Source of the DNA: Savitreella phatthalungensis
Lineage: Eukaryota
Reading direction: 5' to 3'
Assembly: GCA_051599415.1 (NCBI GenBank)
Contig: AP039712.1
Coordinates: 1 to 64,000, forward strand
DNA length: 64,000 nucleotides
How positions within the stretch are numbered: the stretch's first letter is position 1; each line of letters opens with the position of its first letter. Position numbers and translations under genes: made by a program. This document shows, one piece after another, positions 46,405 to 58,120 of this stretch. The notes under the pieces were generated by a model. That model made no database searches and had not been told where the DNA came from. It saw only the letters and a program-made list of their open reading frames with translations.

Positions 46405-47651
46405 ATGTCCACGCTTCCAAAGGCTCTTTTCGAGCTTCTTCATGACGCGCAACGCTTTGCCATGCCACCTGTCCTCAATCATCATGGTGATCTGAAGGAC
46501 ATTGCGAGAACGCTCGATATTCGCGCTAAATTGATGGCGGCGGATTGTCCGCTTTCTGAGCAGCTCGATGTCAACCTGGCACGCTCTCTAGGCTTCAGCG
46601 AGAGTGACAGAAGCGTCAGTGACGACGACATCGCTGACGATCATCGACTCAGCGCTGACGTCTTCCGTCCGACACCGCCGAAAGTGCTCTCCCTCTATGC
46701 TACTGTTAAAATCTCTGATATTCGTGAGTGGATTCCCCATGCCAACCCGGACTACCCGGGATCTTCATCATCCACGAGGCACAGCCGACTGACGTATTTG
46801 TGACAGCCTGGGACGCGTCTCTGGAGGACTGCTACGAATTTATCGGCCCACACGCTCCAAACCTTGCGAGGTACACAGCAGCACTTTCTCCTGTGCACTT
46901 CACGTTCGATCGGCTTTCTGGCAAAACGCAGAGTGATGTGTTTGTTGAGTTCGCGACTACGGTTGGGGCGACCGCTTTTGCGAGCGAGTGCTCTGGCAAA
47001 ATGTTGGGTCATCGAGCAGTTTCGATCTCGCTTGTGTCTTCTCGGGAGATGCTCGAGGCGATATTTCCGCGCGCCAGGCCTGATGAAGGCATCTGGGTTT
47101 CTCGTGAAGAGGTCCAGAATATTCTCCTGCACGCACGTACTCGTAAGAGTCCATACACGCGCAAGTGTCCTCAGAGGCCAACGGACAACTTCATCTCCAT
47201 TCTCGCTCTCTTTCCGTGGGCAAATGCTGCCGCGTATACTCTGGAGCAGCGTGTCCTTCTGTTTGAAGGTTACACCGCCCTGGCGGACATACTGCTGTGG
47301 CAGGTACGCCGTGCTGACCATCCAGCCATCACTCATGACCTCCTTGGCAGACTTGTCCTTACAGGCACGATGCTCACGGAGTTCTCTTTTGAAGACAAAC
47401 ATGCGGTGTGCGCTGCGACCGGCATTTCTCCAAGCAGGTCACTTTCGCCAGCATTGCCGACTACGAATGAATGCGCTGGGAGTCTGACAAGGAGCAGCGC
47501 GCCGTTCGGTCTGTTTGCCTCTCAAGCGATTAAACACCCCTCGGTGGTCAAGTCCATACCTTATGTCGCTGCAACTGCCTCCACCGATTGGCGCACCAAT
47601 GCAAATCGCCACGGAATCACCGTCACTCACCCAGACGAAAATAGATCATAG
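46405..47651 (+). CDS. RRM-domain protein of unknown function, 2 exons (46405-46723, 46807-47651)
   Basis: Splicing GTGAGT..ACTGAC..CAG gives TVKISDIPWDASLEDCYEFIG...VHFTFDRLSGKTQSDVFVEF...LGHRAVSISLVS..EML..IFP, followed by PYTRKCPQRP..NFIS.L..FPW. Confidence 0.8.
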
Positions 47652-47757
47652 TTCATTGTTCACTTGCTTCCAGCAGGATTCAGCTAACTTCATTTCATTC
47701 TTTTCGAGTTCAGTAGCGTGATCGATTGTTGAGTCGGTGATATTGAGTATATGTGGC

Positions 47758-49880
47758 TTATAAGATGAGAGTGATGTCGCCGTATGCGGTGTCTTGACGG
47801 ACTTCAATCAGCCCGTCGGACGCAAGAGCTAGGATATGAGCGAGTGCTTGGGCTGCGACGAAACGATTCGTGTCATTTGCGGGTAGCAAAGTCTCGAAGC
47901 TGGTGGCACCATCGTCGGAAGCACCAGATCTCACGAAGCTGTGTAGCAATGTCAGTCTCCACGACAACGTAGTCTGCAGTCAGGAATCATTACTTTAGGA
48001 AGCGCTGTGCTTCGAGACGCATGCTTGTGTCGATGGCCTTCGGGCTGTTGAGTCGACGGATTTCCGATTCTTCAAGATACGAGTCACCCCGATCAGCTCC
48101 GGAGGCCGGGCGTAGGCGATCTCTCGCAGCTCTCTGAGAACCGAAACGACGTGATCCAGGTGGCGTCACATCAGGATTTAGGGGAGTGATTCCTAGCTCG
48201 AAATCTTCTTCTTCTTCGAGGAGTGGAAGTATTTGCGCAGGAGCTGGTTCGTCCTCGAGCAAAACGTCCTGTGTCAGCAAAAACGTCGGTCGACGAGAGC
48301 CGCTACGGCGGCCACGAAGTTGAGATGAGGTCTCGAAGACATAGCTTTCAGACAGGTCTCTCCCGGAAAGTGACGGAGCACGCGTGCGTCCGAGCTCAAT
48401 CGCTGGTGTACCGCGCTCACTGGTGGTAAGATTCCATGGGGCAATCGAAAGAGGACTGATAGGTTGTGGTGGGCCAAACTGAGCGCTGACAGGGCGTCCA
48501 AGCTCGACGGTGGGCTCTTCATGCATCTCGAGAGGGACAGGAGGAGCTAATTGCTCGTCAGTGTGTCTATCGTCTTGCCTCTCTCGTGCGACAGTCATTG
48601 GGCGAATCGCTTCATCCCGAGCATCAAAGGCATTCTCGAGCAAACTCACTAGTTGCGGGTGAAGGAAGGGAAAGCTGAAAGATGACAGCCTCATATCGAG
48701 TTTTGAGAGTCGCTGACGCTTGCGGTGCCGTTCATTGGCTAGAATCGATCTTGCGAGATAGCCATCGCGCGCAGAAATGAGCTGATTCGTTGTAAACTGG
48801 GTATTGGAATCGATGATCAAATGACCACGGGTCCTCTTGCGAGCCGGGGCCGCCACGGTGTCGTCCGCTTGCGACTGATCAATATCGAGGTCCGCACCTG
48901 GCTCAGCTTGCAGGTCTTGCAGGCCTTGCTGAAACGTGCGCGCAGGCGTTGATCCTTGCAAAGGTTCGTCACGAATGATACCCTCAAAAAGGCCGGGGGC
49001 AACGGAAAGTGCCTGCTAGGTCAGTCACGTTGCGAATGCCTCGATGATTACCCACCTCTGGGATTTCCTCCCTCTGTTGAGCCGAAACAGTAGCTCTCTT
49101 CGGGAATCTTGGTGTACTTGGCATTGCCAACTCAAGCGGTTGGGGTTGCAGCAATGATTCTCGTGGACTGAGTGCCGGCAGCTCGACCATTTGTCCTTCC
49201 TCGTTGAACTCGAAGTGGAGTTCTTGGCGGGCAGCTTCCCCCAGAAGCTCATCGTCGTCATCAAGGAGAATCTCATTTGTATCACCCGGAGGAACAGTGG
49301 CCTGCAGCTGCAAGCGCCTCCCAGGGGGCGTGAGTCCGACAAGCTTGGAGATATCTAGTCTGTCCTGCGTGATATCGAAATCCATCATGTCGAGTTCTCG
49401 GGATAGACGAGCGCTCAAACCATAAGCATTGATATCAAACGCTGGATCATCCTCAAGTGTAAGCTTCTTTCCGCCTTTCCGTTGCCGTCCGGCCGTGTCC
49501 CGAATATCCAGGTTCAGCTTGGCAGTTTCCACTTGGTTGAAGAAGAGAGCATGCTTAAGGTCTTGTTGAAGATGGTTGACATCGGTGGAGTAATGATTAA
49601 ACTGACGCGCCCAGACACGTGTGACGCCCATCATAAGAGAGCTACTCATACGGAGAGCAAGCGGCTGTGGTGGAGCTTGAAGGTATTCGCATGTCTTAGG
49701 TACGTTGACAGACATGATGTCCTTCTTCTGAAGTCGCTTGAAAGAAGAACTCTCGCCAAGCGTGGCAGCCAACCAAACAACGCCTAGGCCAGATTTGCGG
49801 TCAGTCAGGAGATCCTAATATCTGGTCAGCAGAGTGCATCACAGCGAAGGACTCTGTCAACATACTTGTTGATAGAACAT
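47758..49880 (-). CDS. rec8: Meiotic cohesin kleisin Rec8 (Rad21/Rec8 family), 4 exons (49880-49866, 49814-49056, 49012-47994, 47938-47758)
   Basis: Spliced N-terminus MFYQQDLLTDRKSGLGVVWLAATLG..KKDIMSVNVPKTC..PLALRMSSSLMMGVTRV; C-terminal winged helix RFVAAQALAHILALA....IEVRQDTAYGDI. Confidence 0.88.
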
Positions 49881-50037
49881 GCGGTGATTTGTGAATGAAT
49901 TCCTCGATTGAGGGTGGCCATGACTTTGATTAAGTAGAGGCATCTTTCGCGGCAAAGATCAAGCTGGGAAGCGCTTTGACGCTGTGGTCATCAGACACTT
50001 GAGAAATCGAAAGGTGAGTGAGAAGCAAGTGAGAAAG

Positions 50038-51074
50038 ACGCGTGGAGTCTAATGACGTCGAAATCAAAGCAATTGTACTTGAGAACCACGCGATCGATTA
50101 TGCAGTGGCAAATGGAATGGGTTATGCACGGGCATTGATCAGTCGACAAAATCTAATGATTGGTACAGGGTACAGAGTGAAGAAGAAGTGTTTCGAAAGA
50201 TTGTTCGTATATTAATTGGTTGACACTTCGAGAGCTGCAGCACATGTATTTGAATCTGTACATACATTGCATGCCTTGGGTCCAAGTTGAAGTGTACAGT
50301 ATAAAGAGCGGTAATGCAGTAGATGGATTGTGCAGGCCTTGATTGTCAGAAACGGAATAGGAGAAGCAGATCTCGTTCACGCGCGTGATTGAAACGACGC
50401 ATGGCGAGTACTCTATTTCGGAATCATCTACTACTAAACAGCATTTCATCTACGTATACGTACGTTGCGCATGAGAATGTCAGCCTGGACCTTTTGATTG
50501 TACAAATCGAGTTACATCGAGTGAGCGAGTGAGGCAGTCAATCAGTCAGTCAGTCATCTGATGCATCCTGCAGCTCATTTCATCAACTCGAGCCAAAAAG
50601 TCATCCATCACGAGTTTATGGTGCAGCTTATATTGTTACAACAACACAACAATGTACATGGACCCCAGTGGCGACTGTAATTGTGCTGGTCCAAACTCAT
50701 AAATCCTTTTCTAGTCACTCCGAGACAAGCAAAGGTATAGAAGATTTACACTACCTGCAGTTCACACGACGCTGGCGTGATAGGAAAGAAAGCATCAAGC
50801 TTTTCTGTCGATGTCCCTCGAATCGGCAGGATCGATCGAGTGAGTGTCTATAGTGGATTACACATACATTTTTGCATCACGTGTTTACTTTTATCGCGAT
50901 ACAGTGCATATAAGGAAATACGTGCTTAATTTACGAGCTCGACCAATACATGTCTTCGAATCTCTTGCATGATCGATCAATTTGGGAAAGATTATGGGCT
51001 CGGAGTAGCTTCATCATTTTGTTATTCTTTGATCGACGCGTCTCCACGTGTTGCTGAGATCAACAAAGACGCGT
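50038..51074. promoter_or_regulatory. Divergent rec8/smc5 promoter with MCB-type (ACGCG) and FLEX/forkhead-type motifs
   Basis: ACGCGT at 50038, 51036 and 51069; ACGCG at 50088 and 50379; TGTTTAC (GTAAACA on the minus strand) at 50882. Confidence 0.45.
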
Positions 51075-51248
51075 CGATGCAAGCCCATGGATCAGTACAA
51101 CAGATTAGCAGAAACATCCACGTCGTCATCTGATCATTTCTTAGGTGCTCTACTTGTGCTGGACTTTGTTGACTGCTGGCTGGCTGAATAGCATGTCCTA
51201 GTGCTCTTCTTCCAACTAGCCGGCGACAGTAACGGAAAAGGCTGCGTC

Positions 51249-54200
51249 ATGCCGAGCGTGGCTAGGCGCGCTGAACAAGATGCCTCACCGGCAGTCAAGA
51301 AGCGGAGAGTATCACAAGACTCAGATGAGGATGGTGCAGCTCTGTCGCATGCTGACTTTGCCCTTGGGGCTATCACACGCATCCGCATGCAGAACTTTAT
51401 GACTTACGATGACATTGAGTACCTCCCAGGTCCAGCCCTCAATATGATCATTGGACCAAATGGATCAGGAAAGTCCACAGTTGTTGCGGGCATCTGCATA
51501 GGACTTGGCTTCGATCCCAAGGTCATGGGCAGAGCGTCCACATTGAACGACACCATCAAGCACGGTAGACAAGGTGCGCGACTCGACGTCGAGCTACGCA
51601 CCACAACTGGAACCACCTGTATCTCGCGAATTTACGCTCATGCCGATGGCACGCCAAATAGCAAACCTTCGAATGAGTGGCTGATCGATGGAAGCCGAGC
51701 AACAGCGCGCGCCGTTCATGAACTCGTGTCAGAGCTTCGCATTCAGGTCGATAACCTTTGTCAATTCCTTCCGCAGGACAAAGTCGCCAGCTTTGCTCGG
51801 CTGACGCCGATTGAATTGCTGCGTGAGACTGAGCGCACGATCAGGGATGGCTCACTTGGCGAGATGCACGATGAACTCGTCAAAACGCAGACAGCGTATA
51901 ATGCAGGCGCCACGCAGCTGGCCAACGACGAAGAACGCCTCAAAGTTTTGCGAGACAGGCAGTCCGCTGCTGAGTCAGAGGTCGCTCGTTTTCACGAGAT
52001 TGAGACACTGAAGCGAGATCTGCTCGTCGCAGAGAAGCGCATACCTTTTGCTAAGTACGCCGGCGCTAGACAAGCGCACAAACAGGCCAAGGAGGATCTC
52101 AAACAGGCGAAAGACGTTCTACGTGAGCTTCAACGTCAGGATGAACCAAATAAGAATCGTCATTCAGAATTGGTCGGCCTGGAAGAAAAGTCTCACAAAG
52201 CCGCCAGTAAATGCAAACGCGAGAGCGAAAAGGATCTCGACATGTGCGAGCAACTCGCTGGTCCAATGAGAAGCGCTGAAGACACTGTCGCTGAAATTCA
52301 GCGCAAGATCGAGGCTGAAATATCGTCCGAACGTAGACACAAGTCTCGGGTGGCGGATTTTAAGGAGAAGATCGCGCATGATAGCCAAGAAGTCGGCGTT
52401 CGTCCCGACCATGAAGTCGCATTGCTTGCCATCCGGGACAAGCTGTCAGAACTCAACGCTGCGGTTGCAGCGGACAAGGAGTCATACCAGAAGCTAATCT
52501 CCGAGCTGCGCACCGCTGAATCCAGCCGCAATGGCCGGCAGCGCGATCTCGACCGTAAGAAGGCATCTCTGCTGACAATGACGGACGAGCGTTCCCTAAG
52601 AATGGAGCAGCTCAAGCAGCGATCACCCGACTCGTTTCGCGCTGTCGAATGGCTAGCCGAGAACGCCGATAAGTTTGAGATGCCTGTCTACAACCCGATT
52701 CTTCTCGAAGTCCAGGTGACAGACTCGCGTTATGCTGCGGCTGCTCAGCATGTGATCATCCAGAACGCCTTCACGTTCACCTGTCAAACGAGACGAGACT
52801 ACCAGACCTTCAACCGATTCCTCGTTGACGGCGGTGCAATGAAACTGCGTCTGTACGTAGCTGAATACTCTCACACCGCGGCACCTTCCCTCAGTGATCA
52901 AAGAGCTCCGGTGTCTTCGGAGAAGCTACGCGAAAATGGGCTTGACGGCTTTCTCCTGGATTTTCTCGACGGTCCGGCGCCGGTACTAAACACATTGTGC
53001 CATTTGACCAGCATCCACTCGCTGCCGGTAGGATTGCAACCTCTGCGCCAGGATCAGCAAGATGCTCTTGAAGCTTTGCAATTCAACGCGCGACCGGCGT
53101 TCTCCCGCTACATCGCTGGCAGCGTAGATACGCGTATTCACCGCAGTTATGGCCAGAGATCGACGGCTTCAGAAATCATCCGTGCGAACGGGAAGATCTT
53201 CTCCCGAGCGAGTCAGGAAGACAATCGCAAAGATGAACTCGAGCAAAGCATTGCATCAATTGCCAAGAGTCTCAATGACGAGCTCCCCGAACTGCACGCG
53301 AAGAATGACAGGCGACTGAGTCTCAAAGAATCGATTGAACAGGTCGAGCGACAGAAAGATGAGCTCAAGAAGCGGCGTGAGTACCTCACCTCGGAGCTGA
53401 ACAAGTACGAGGTGGCCAAGGTTCGTATGGAGACAAATCGACGGCGACTAGAAGAGCTACTCCTGCAGCCCGCCGTCTACCAAGATAATATTGCGCGCTT
53501 CCGAGGCGAGCTGACGGACTTGGTCCGAGGTTATGTAGGCCAGATGGAAGAGCTCAAAGGAGCGTTGACCGCGGCAGCCATGTCACGCGAAAAGCACGTC
53601 ATTGCTTCAACCCTGGCGATTCAAGCGGAGGCTGACAGGATGGCATTTGACAGATACAACAAAGAAGCGCAATCGCTAATCGAAGCTGCGGGGCGGCGTG
53701 TCGAGGAATTGTCGGAAGCACGTAATGTCGCTCATCGGGAGGGCGGAAAGTGGCTGGCTGCATGTCAGCAAGTCCAACAGGAACTCTCCGATGAGATTCG
53801 CGAGCTTGTGGAGGCTGACTTGAGCGCAACAGAAGAAGACCTTGAGCTCCAGATGGACGATCTACGAGGTCAAATTCGCCTCATCGATGACATTGACGGA
53901 GGCGTGCTCACTACTTACGAAGCGCGCAAGCGTGAGCTCGAGGAGCTTGAAGGACAAGTAACAACGACACGAGATACACTAGCGGAATCCGCAGGCGAAT
54001 TGGAGAAGCAGGCAGCGTCATGGACGACGGGCGTCGAGGAAATGCGCGAACTCTTGGACGTCAGCTTCCAAAATGCCTTCCGGAGCATCAATTGCGTAGG
54101 CGAAGTGCGATTAGGCAAAGCTGAAGACTACGCGGAGTGGCAACTGGAAATCTGGGTGCAGTTCCGGAACGAGTCGTCTCTGCAGATGCTCACAGGCCAA

Positions 54201-54533
54201 CGTCAATCGGGAGGCGAGCGATCGGTGTCGACGATTTTCTTCTTGCTGGCTTTGCAAGCACTTGCGCGTGCGCCCTTCCGTGTCGTCGACGAAATCAACC
54301 AAGGCATGGATCCACGCAACGAGCGAATCGTTCACCGCCGAATGGTCGAGGTGGCATGTGGCAAGGGTGCTTCGCAGTACTTCTTGATTACGCCGAAATT
54401 GCTCAACGACCTCGATTACCACGCAAACATGAAGGTTCATTGCGTCACTGCGGGCGACCTTGGTCAAACAACCAACAAGATCGGCTACACCAAATACCTC
54501 GCTGCCTTGCGACGGATTCAGGAACGCAACTAG
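51249..54533 (+). CDS. SMC5: Structural maintenance of chromosomes protein 5
   Basis: NFMTYD, LNMIIGPNGSGKST, IQVDNLCQFLPQDKV, coiled coils, QSGGERSVST, PFRVVDEINQGMDPRNER, SQYFLITPKLL. Confidence 0.96.
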   Translation: MPSVARRAEQDASPAVKKRRVSQDSDEDGAALSHADFALGAITRIRMQNFMTYDDIEYLPGPALNMIIGPNGSGKSTVVAGICIGLGFDPKVMGRASTLNDTIKHGRQGARLDVELRTTTGTTCISRIYAHADGTPNSKPSNEWLIDGSRATARAVHELVSELRIQVDNLCQFLPQDKVASFARLTPIELLRETERTIRDGSLGEMHDELVKTQTAYNAGATQLANDEERLKVLRDRQSAAESEVARFHEIETLKRDLLVAEKRIPFAKYAGARQAHKQAKEDLKQAKDVLRELQRQDEPNKNRHSELVGLEEKSHKAASKCKRESEKDLDMCEQLAGPMRSAEDTVAEIQRKIEAEISSERRHKSRVADFKEKIAHDSQEVGVRPDHEVALLAIRDKLSELNAAVAADKESYQKLISELRTAESSRNGRQRDLDRKKASLLTMTDERSLRMEQLKQRSPDSFRAVEWLAENADKFEMPVYNPILLEVQVTDSRYAAAAQHVIIQNAFTFTCQTRRDYQTFNRFLVDGGAMKLRLYVAEYSHTAAPSLSDQRAPVSSEKLRENGLDGFLLDFLDGPAPVLNTLCHLTSIHSLPVGLQPLRQDQQDALEALQFNARPAFSRYIAGSVDTRIHRSYGQRSTASEIIRANGKIFSRASQEDNRKDELEQSIASIAKSLNDELPELHAKNDRRLSLKESIEQVERQKDELKKRREYLTSELNKYEVAKVRMETNRRRLEELLLQPAVYQDNIARFRGELTDLVRGYVGQMEELKGALTAAAMSREKHVIASTLAIQAEADRMAFDRYNKEAQSLIEAAGRRVEELSEARNVAHREGGKWLAACQQVQQELSDEIRELVEADLSATEEDLELQMDDLRGQIRLIDDIDGGVLTTYEARKRELEELEGQVTTTRDTLAESAGELEKQAASWTTGVEEMRELLDVSFQNAFRSINCVGEVRLGKAEDYAEWQLEIWVQFRNESSLQMLTGQRQSGGERSVSTIFFLLALQALARAPFRVVDEINQGMDPRNERIVHRRMVEVACGKGASQYFLITPKLLNDLDYHANMKVHCVTAGDLGQTTNKIGYTKYLAALRRIQERN

Positions 54534-55671
54534 CCAGAGAGATGACAGAAACGAATTGATTTAAGAGGGAACATTTCTCTCGATAAGAAAACAGTTGTCG
54601 GAAACACTTCGAGTCGTGCCTTCATGTTAAAAATAAGTCAGGACGATAGATACGGAGTCCGATTTGGTCGTCATCTGGCGGACGAGGTATTCGAGCGGGC
54701 GGCAGGACGTCAAACTTTACCGCAACTGTCTCCCTGGCGAAGCGAATACCCCATGTCGCGTTCAAAGTTGACGTCCTTGACACGACGCGTCAGGGTGTAA
54801 TAAGCGCATTCAGCGGCTGCCTTGCTGCGACTTGCTCGGGGATGCATACAAGGCGAGGTGCGCGCATCGGAATCACGCGTCCACCTTTCTTTCGAGTGTG
54901 GCGCAGCGAGGCTTATACTATGCGACCTCCCCGGGGCCCAGACCCCGAGCCCATTCCAGCTGCCTCTGGATGAGCCCTGGCGGTCGATGGCTCCCAGAAG
55001 TATTTGCGGTTGCAAAGAAGACCCGCGCCAGACAGCTCGCAGCATGGCATATCGCGCATGGACTTGAGTGCTGAGGCGTGGGAGGATGGTTTGGTCAGCA
55101 AGTGACTTCGATGCTCGATGCGTGCATGATTACACTATTCGTATCTGTTTCAAGGTGATCAGAGTAAACTGCATGTTGACGTTACTTGAAGGAAGTAGGG
55201 CGACGGTGAACTTGACACAGGATAAAGCTCTATGGACTAAAAGGCACTGTGGGTGACAGTCACTCGTGTCAACGTCGACCGACAGAAAACATGGATGTCG
55301 GCGGAGAATTGTCCGAGCTGAGCTGATCTGAGTTAAGCCGAGCTGATCTGGACTTTACGATGCCAGCTGACATCCTCACGGCTATGAAGAGCAATGTTAT
55401 TTGACGGCGGTCTTGGCGCCGGCCTGTCCACCTGGTGAGATATGTTCTTCCCATTGCTGTAAGATCCGCGTGGTCGAGCGAATTCCTTCTTTTATTGGCG
55501 ACCTCTCAGGCAGTGACGAGATTTTCAAGACCAAGTGGCCGACGTCGAAATCTGATTGGCTGACACACGAGCCTCACCGTCGTCATCACACTGCAGTGCC
55601 AACCCCGGAGTAATTTATAAAATCCTCGAGAGCTGCAAAACTTAGATGTCCGTACATCAAATATCCTTGCC

Positions 55672-57327
55672 ATGTCTCTTCACAAGCACGTTGACGCTGC
55701 TGAAGTCCTTAAGAAGGCTCGTGGAGGATCTAGGGTTGATCAGGTCCGCGCTCAGGGCCAGACAACCCTAGGAACGCCGTACAGTGGCCGATACGAAGCC
55801 TACACGGACATCCCAAAGTACCAGATTCCCAAGCAGGGCATTCCTGCCAATGCAACTTATCAGACGATTCACGATGAGCTCGACTTTGACGGCAGACCCA
55901 ACCTGAACCTGGCGTCATTCGTCCACACTTGGATGGAGCCTGAGGCAGAGAAACTGTACATGGAGAATGTTTACAAGAATTTGTCTGACAGCGATGAGTA
56001 TCCCGCCATGGTCGATATCCACGCACGTTGCGTGTCGATGCTCGCCGACCTGTGGGGAGCGAAGGACTCGAAGGCGATCGGCACAGCCACTACAGGCTCT
56101 TCCGAGGCCATCATGCTTGGTGGTCTGGCAATGAAGCGAAGATGGCAGGAACGCCAGAAGGCTGCTGGAAAGGATTACTCCAAGCCAAATGTCATCATGG
56201 GCAGCAATGCTCAAGTGGCAATTGAGAAGTTCGCTCGGTACTTCGAGTGTGAGAATCGGCTGATTCCAGTCTGCGCAGAGTCTCGCCACTGTCTCGACGT
56301 AGAAAAAATCAAGGAGAATCTCGATGAGAACACGATCGGCGTGTTCGTTATCCTGGGGTCGACTTACACGGGCCACTACGAGGACGTGCTCGCCGTGTCG
56401 GATCTCCTGGACGCTTACCAGAAGGAAACCGGCCTAGACATTCCAATCCACGTCGATGGTGCTAGTGGCGCAATGGTCGCGCCGTTCGTCCACCCGTCAG
56501 TCAAGTGGGACTTCACGCTACCTCGCGTCAAGTCAATCAACACGTCCGGACACAAATTTGGTCTCGCAGCTGTTGGCCTCGGATGGATCATCTTCCGTGA
56601 TGCAGAGCAATTGCCAAAAGACCTCATCTTCGAGCTGCACTATCTCGGTGGCACGGAAGAGTCTTACACGCTCAATTTCAGTAGACCGGCAGCACCAATG
56701 CTGTGTCAGTACTACAATTTCCTGCGCCTCGGTTTCGAGGGCTACAAGGCAATTGCAGAGGCTGACCTTGAGAATGCCCGCGTCTTCTCGTCAGCGCTCG
56801 AAGGGTCTGGCTACTTCGAATGTGTGTCAGACGTCCATCGCAAGAAGGGAGAGCATCTTTTCAATGTCGAGAGCCTGCACAGCGGAGACGAGCTGGTCGC
56901 GGGCGAAGATGTGAATGCTGAAGACTTCAACGCCGGTCTGCCTGTCGTCGCCTTCAAGCTCACCGATGCCTTCCACAAGGACTACCCGCACGTTCAGCAG
57001 GCCAGCGTGTCGACAATGATGCGAGTTAAGGGCTGGATTATCCCGAATTACCCATTGCCAGAGAATGAGGAGAAGGTGGAAATCCTGCGAGTGGTCGTCC
57101 GCGAATCATGCTCGACATCGATGGTTGATCGTCTGATCGAGGATTTGATCTCCACCGTCGAGACACTTCAGAATGCTGATGCTGTGGACATGAACGCACT
57201 CGCTGGCCGCAAATTCCAGCCAGAGTCACACGAGCAGAAGCACGCCCGCCGTGGCAAGAAGGCAGGTACAAAAGCTCACAAGGAGCACATGTCAAAGCAC
57301 AAGCACGGCTACGCTCGACCATGCTAG
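55672..57327 (+). CDS. GAD1: Glutamate decarboxylase (PLP-dependent)
   Basis: DGRPNLNLASFV, DEYP, GSSEAIMLGGLAMK, IHVDGASG, SINTSGHKFG, LNFSRP, GWIIPNY. Confidence 0.96.
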   Translation: MSLHKHVDAAEVLKKARGGSRVDQVRAQGQTTLGTPYSGRYEAYTDIPKYQIPKQGIPANATYQTIHDELDFDGRPNLNLASFVHTWMEPEAEKLYMENVYKNLSDSDEYPAMVDIHARCVSMLADLWGAKDSKAIGTATTGSSEAIMLGGLAMKRRWQERQKAAGKDYSKPNVIMGSNAQVAIEKFARYFECENRLIPVCAESRHCLDVEKIKENLDENTIGVFVILGSTYTGHYEDVLAVSDLLDAYQKETGLDIPIHVDGASGAMVAPFVHPSVKWDFTLPRVKSINTSGHKFGLAAVGLGWIIFRDAEQLPKDLIFELHYLGGTEESYTLNFSRPAAPMLCQYYNFLRLGFEGYKAIAEADLENARVFSSALEGSGYFECVSDVHRKKGEHLFNVESLHSGDELVAGEDVNAEDFNAGLPVVAFKLTDAFHKDYPHVQQASVSTMMRVKGWIIPNYPLPENEEKVEILRVVVRESCSTSMVDRLIEDLISTVETLQNADAVDMNALAGRKFQPESHEQKHARRGKKAGTKAHKEHMSKHKHGYARPC

Positions 57328-57622
57328 ACGAAGGCTACGGTGTGGGCTTCGCCTCACGATGAATCTCCGGCTGAATCTCCATTTCAACGTTCAGCGAGTA
57401 GGGTAGAACGGTCTTAGTATATAGTCATCAAATGATCACACGTAATCGCCATATGCCGCTATGGATCCATGCATATATATACGTATGATAAAAGAGGCTG
57501 ACGTACAATATAAGCACAACTTTTAGAAGCACAAGATCTAGCTAGGCGAATCACAGTGTATAAGACTACGCATTACGGCGAGATCATCCTTCCTTTCAAC
57601 TGGATAGGGGTACACAGAAAGG

Positions 57623-58012
57623 ATGAGTATGATGCCGAAGTCGGAGGGCGGGCGCAAGTAAGTATCCAATGTTCCCACATACCCCGTCACTCGATGACTA
57701 ACCTCTCGTCACAGAGCGCTCGCCATGGCCATGTGGGGTGGCATCACAATGGCAGTGGGCTGGGCTTTCATGCGATTCACGACGCCAAACGATGCACAGA
57801 TCTACGATCGACTTTCGCCGGAGCTCAAGCGGCAGTTTGATCGGGAAAAGGAACGGCGGAGACAGCTCGCAGACGTCCAATTCCAGCAGATGATGGGCCA
57901 GCGTAACCTTGACAGACCTGCCTGGAGGACAGATGTGCCAAGAGACGCACCTGGATCTACGTCAAAGCAGACGATTCCTGTCTCGCCAGATCCCCACGCC
58001 CTGGAGAAATGA
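57623..58012 (+). CDS. CBP4: Cytochrome b assembly factor Cbp4, 2 exons (57623-57657, 57715-58012)
   Basis: GG......GW..MRFTTPNDAQIYDRLSPELKRQFD, ..DRPAW; intron GTAAGT..ACTAAC..CAG keeps the frame. The start could be 57629 or 57632. Confidence 0.85.
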
Positions 58013-58120
58013 GTAAGGTTGAGCATCACTGCTTCCCGCACAAGGCAATCGTCAAGCCTTCATACATCGCTGTATGGTTCAACTGTCTCATGCTTGTTAA
58101 TGATATATGCTAGCTACAAT

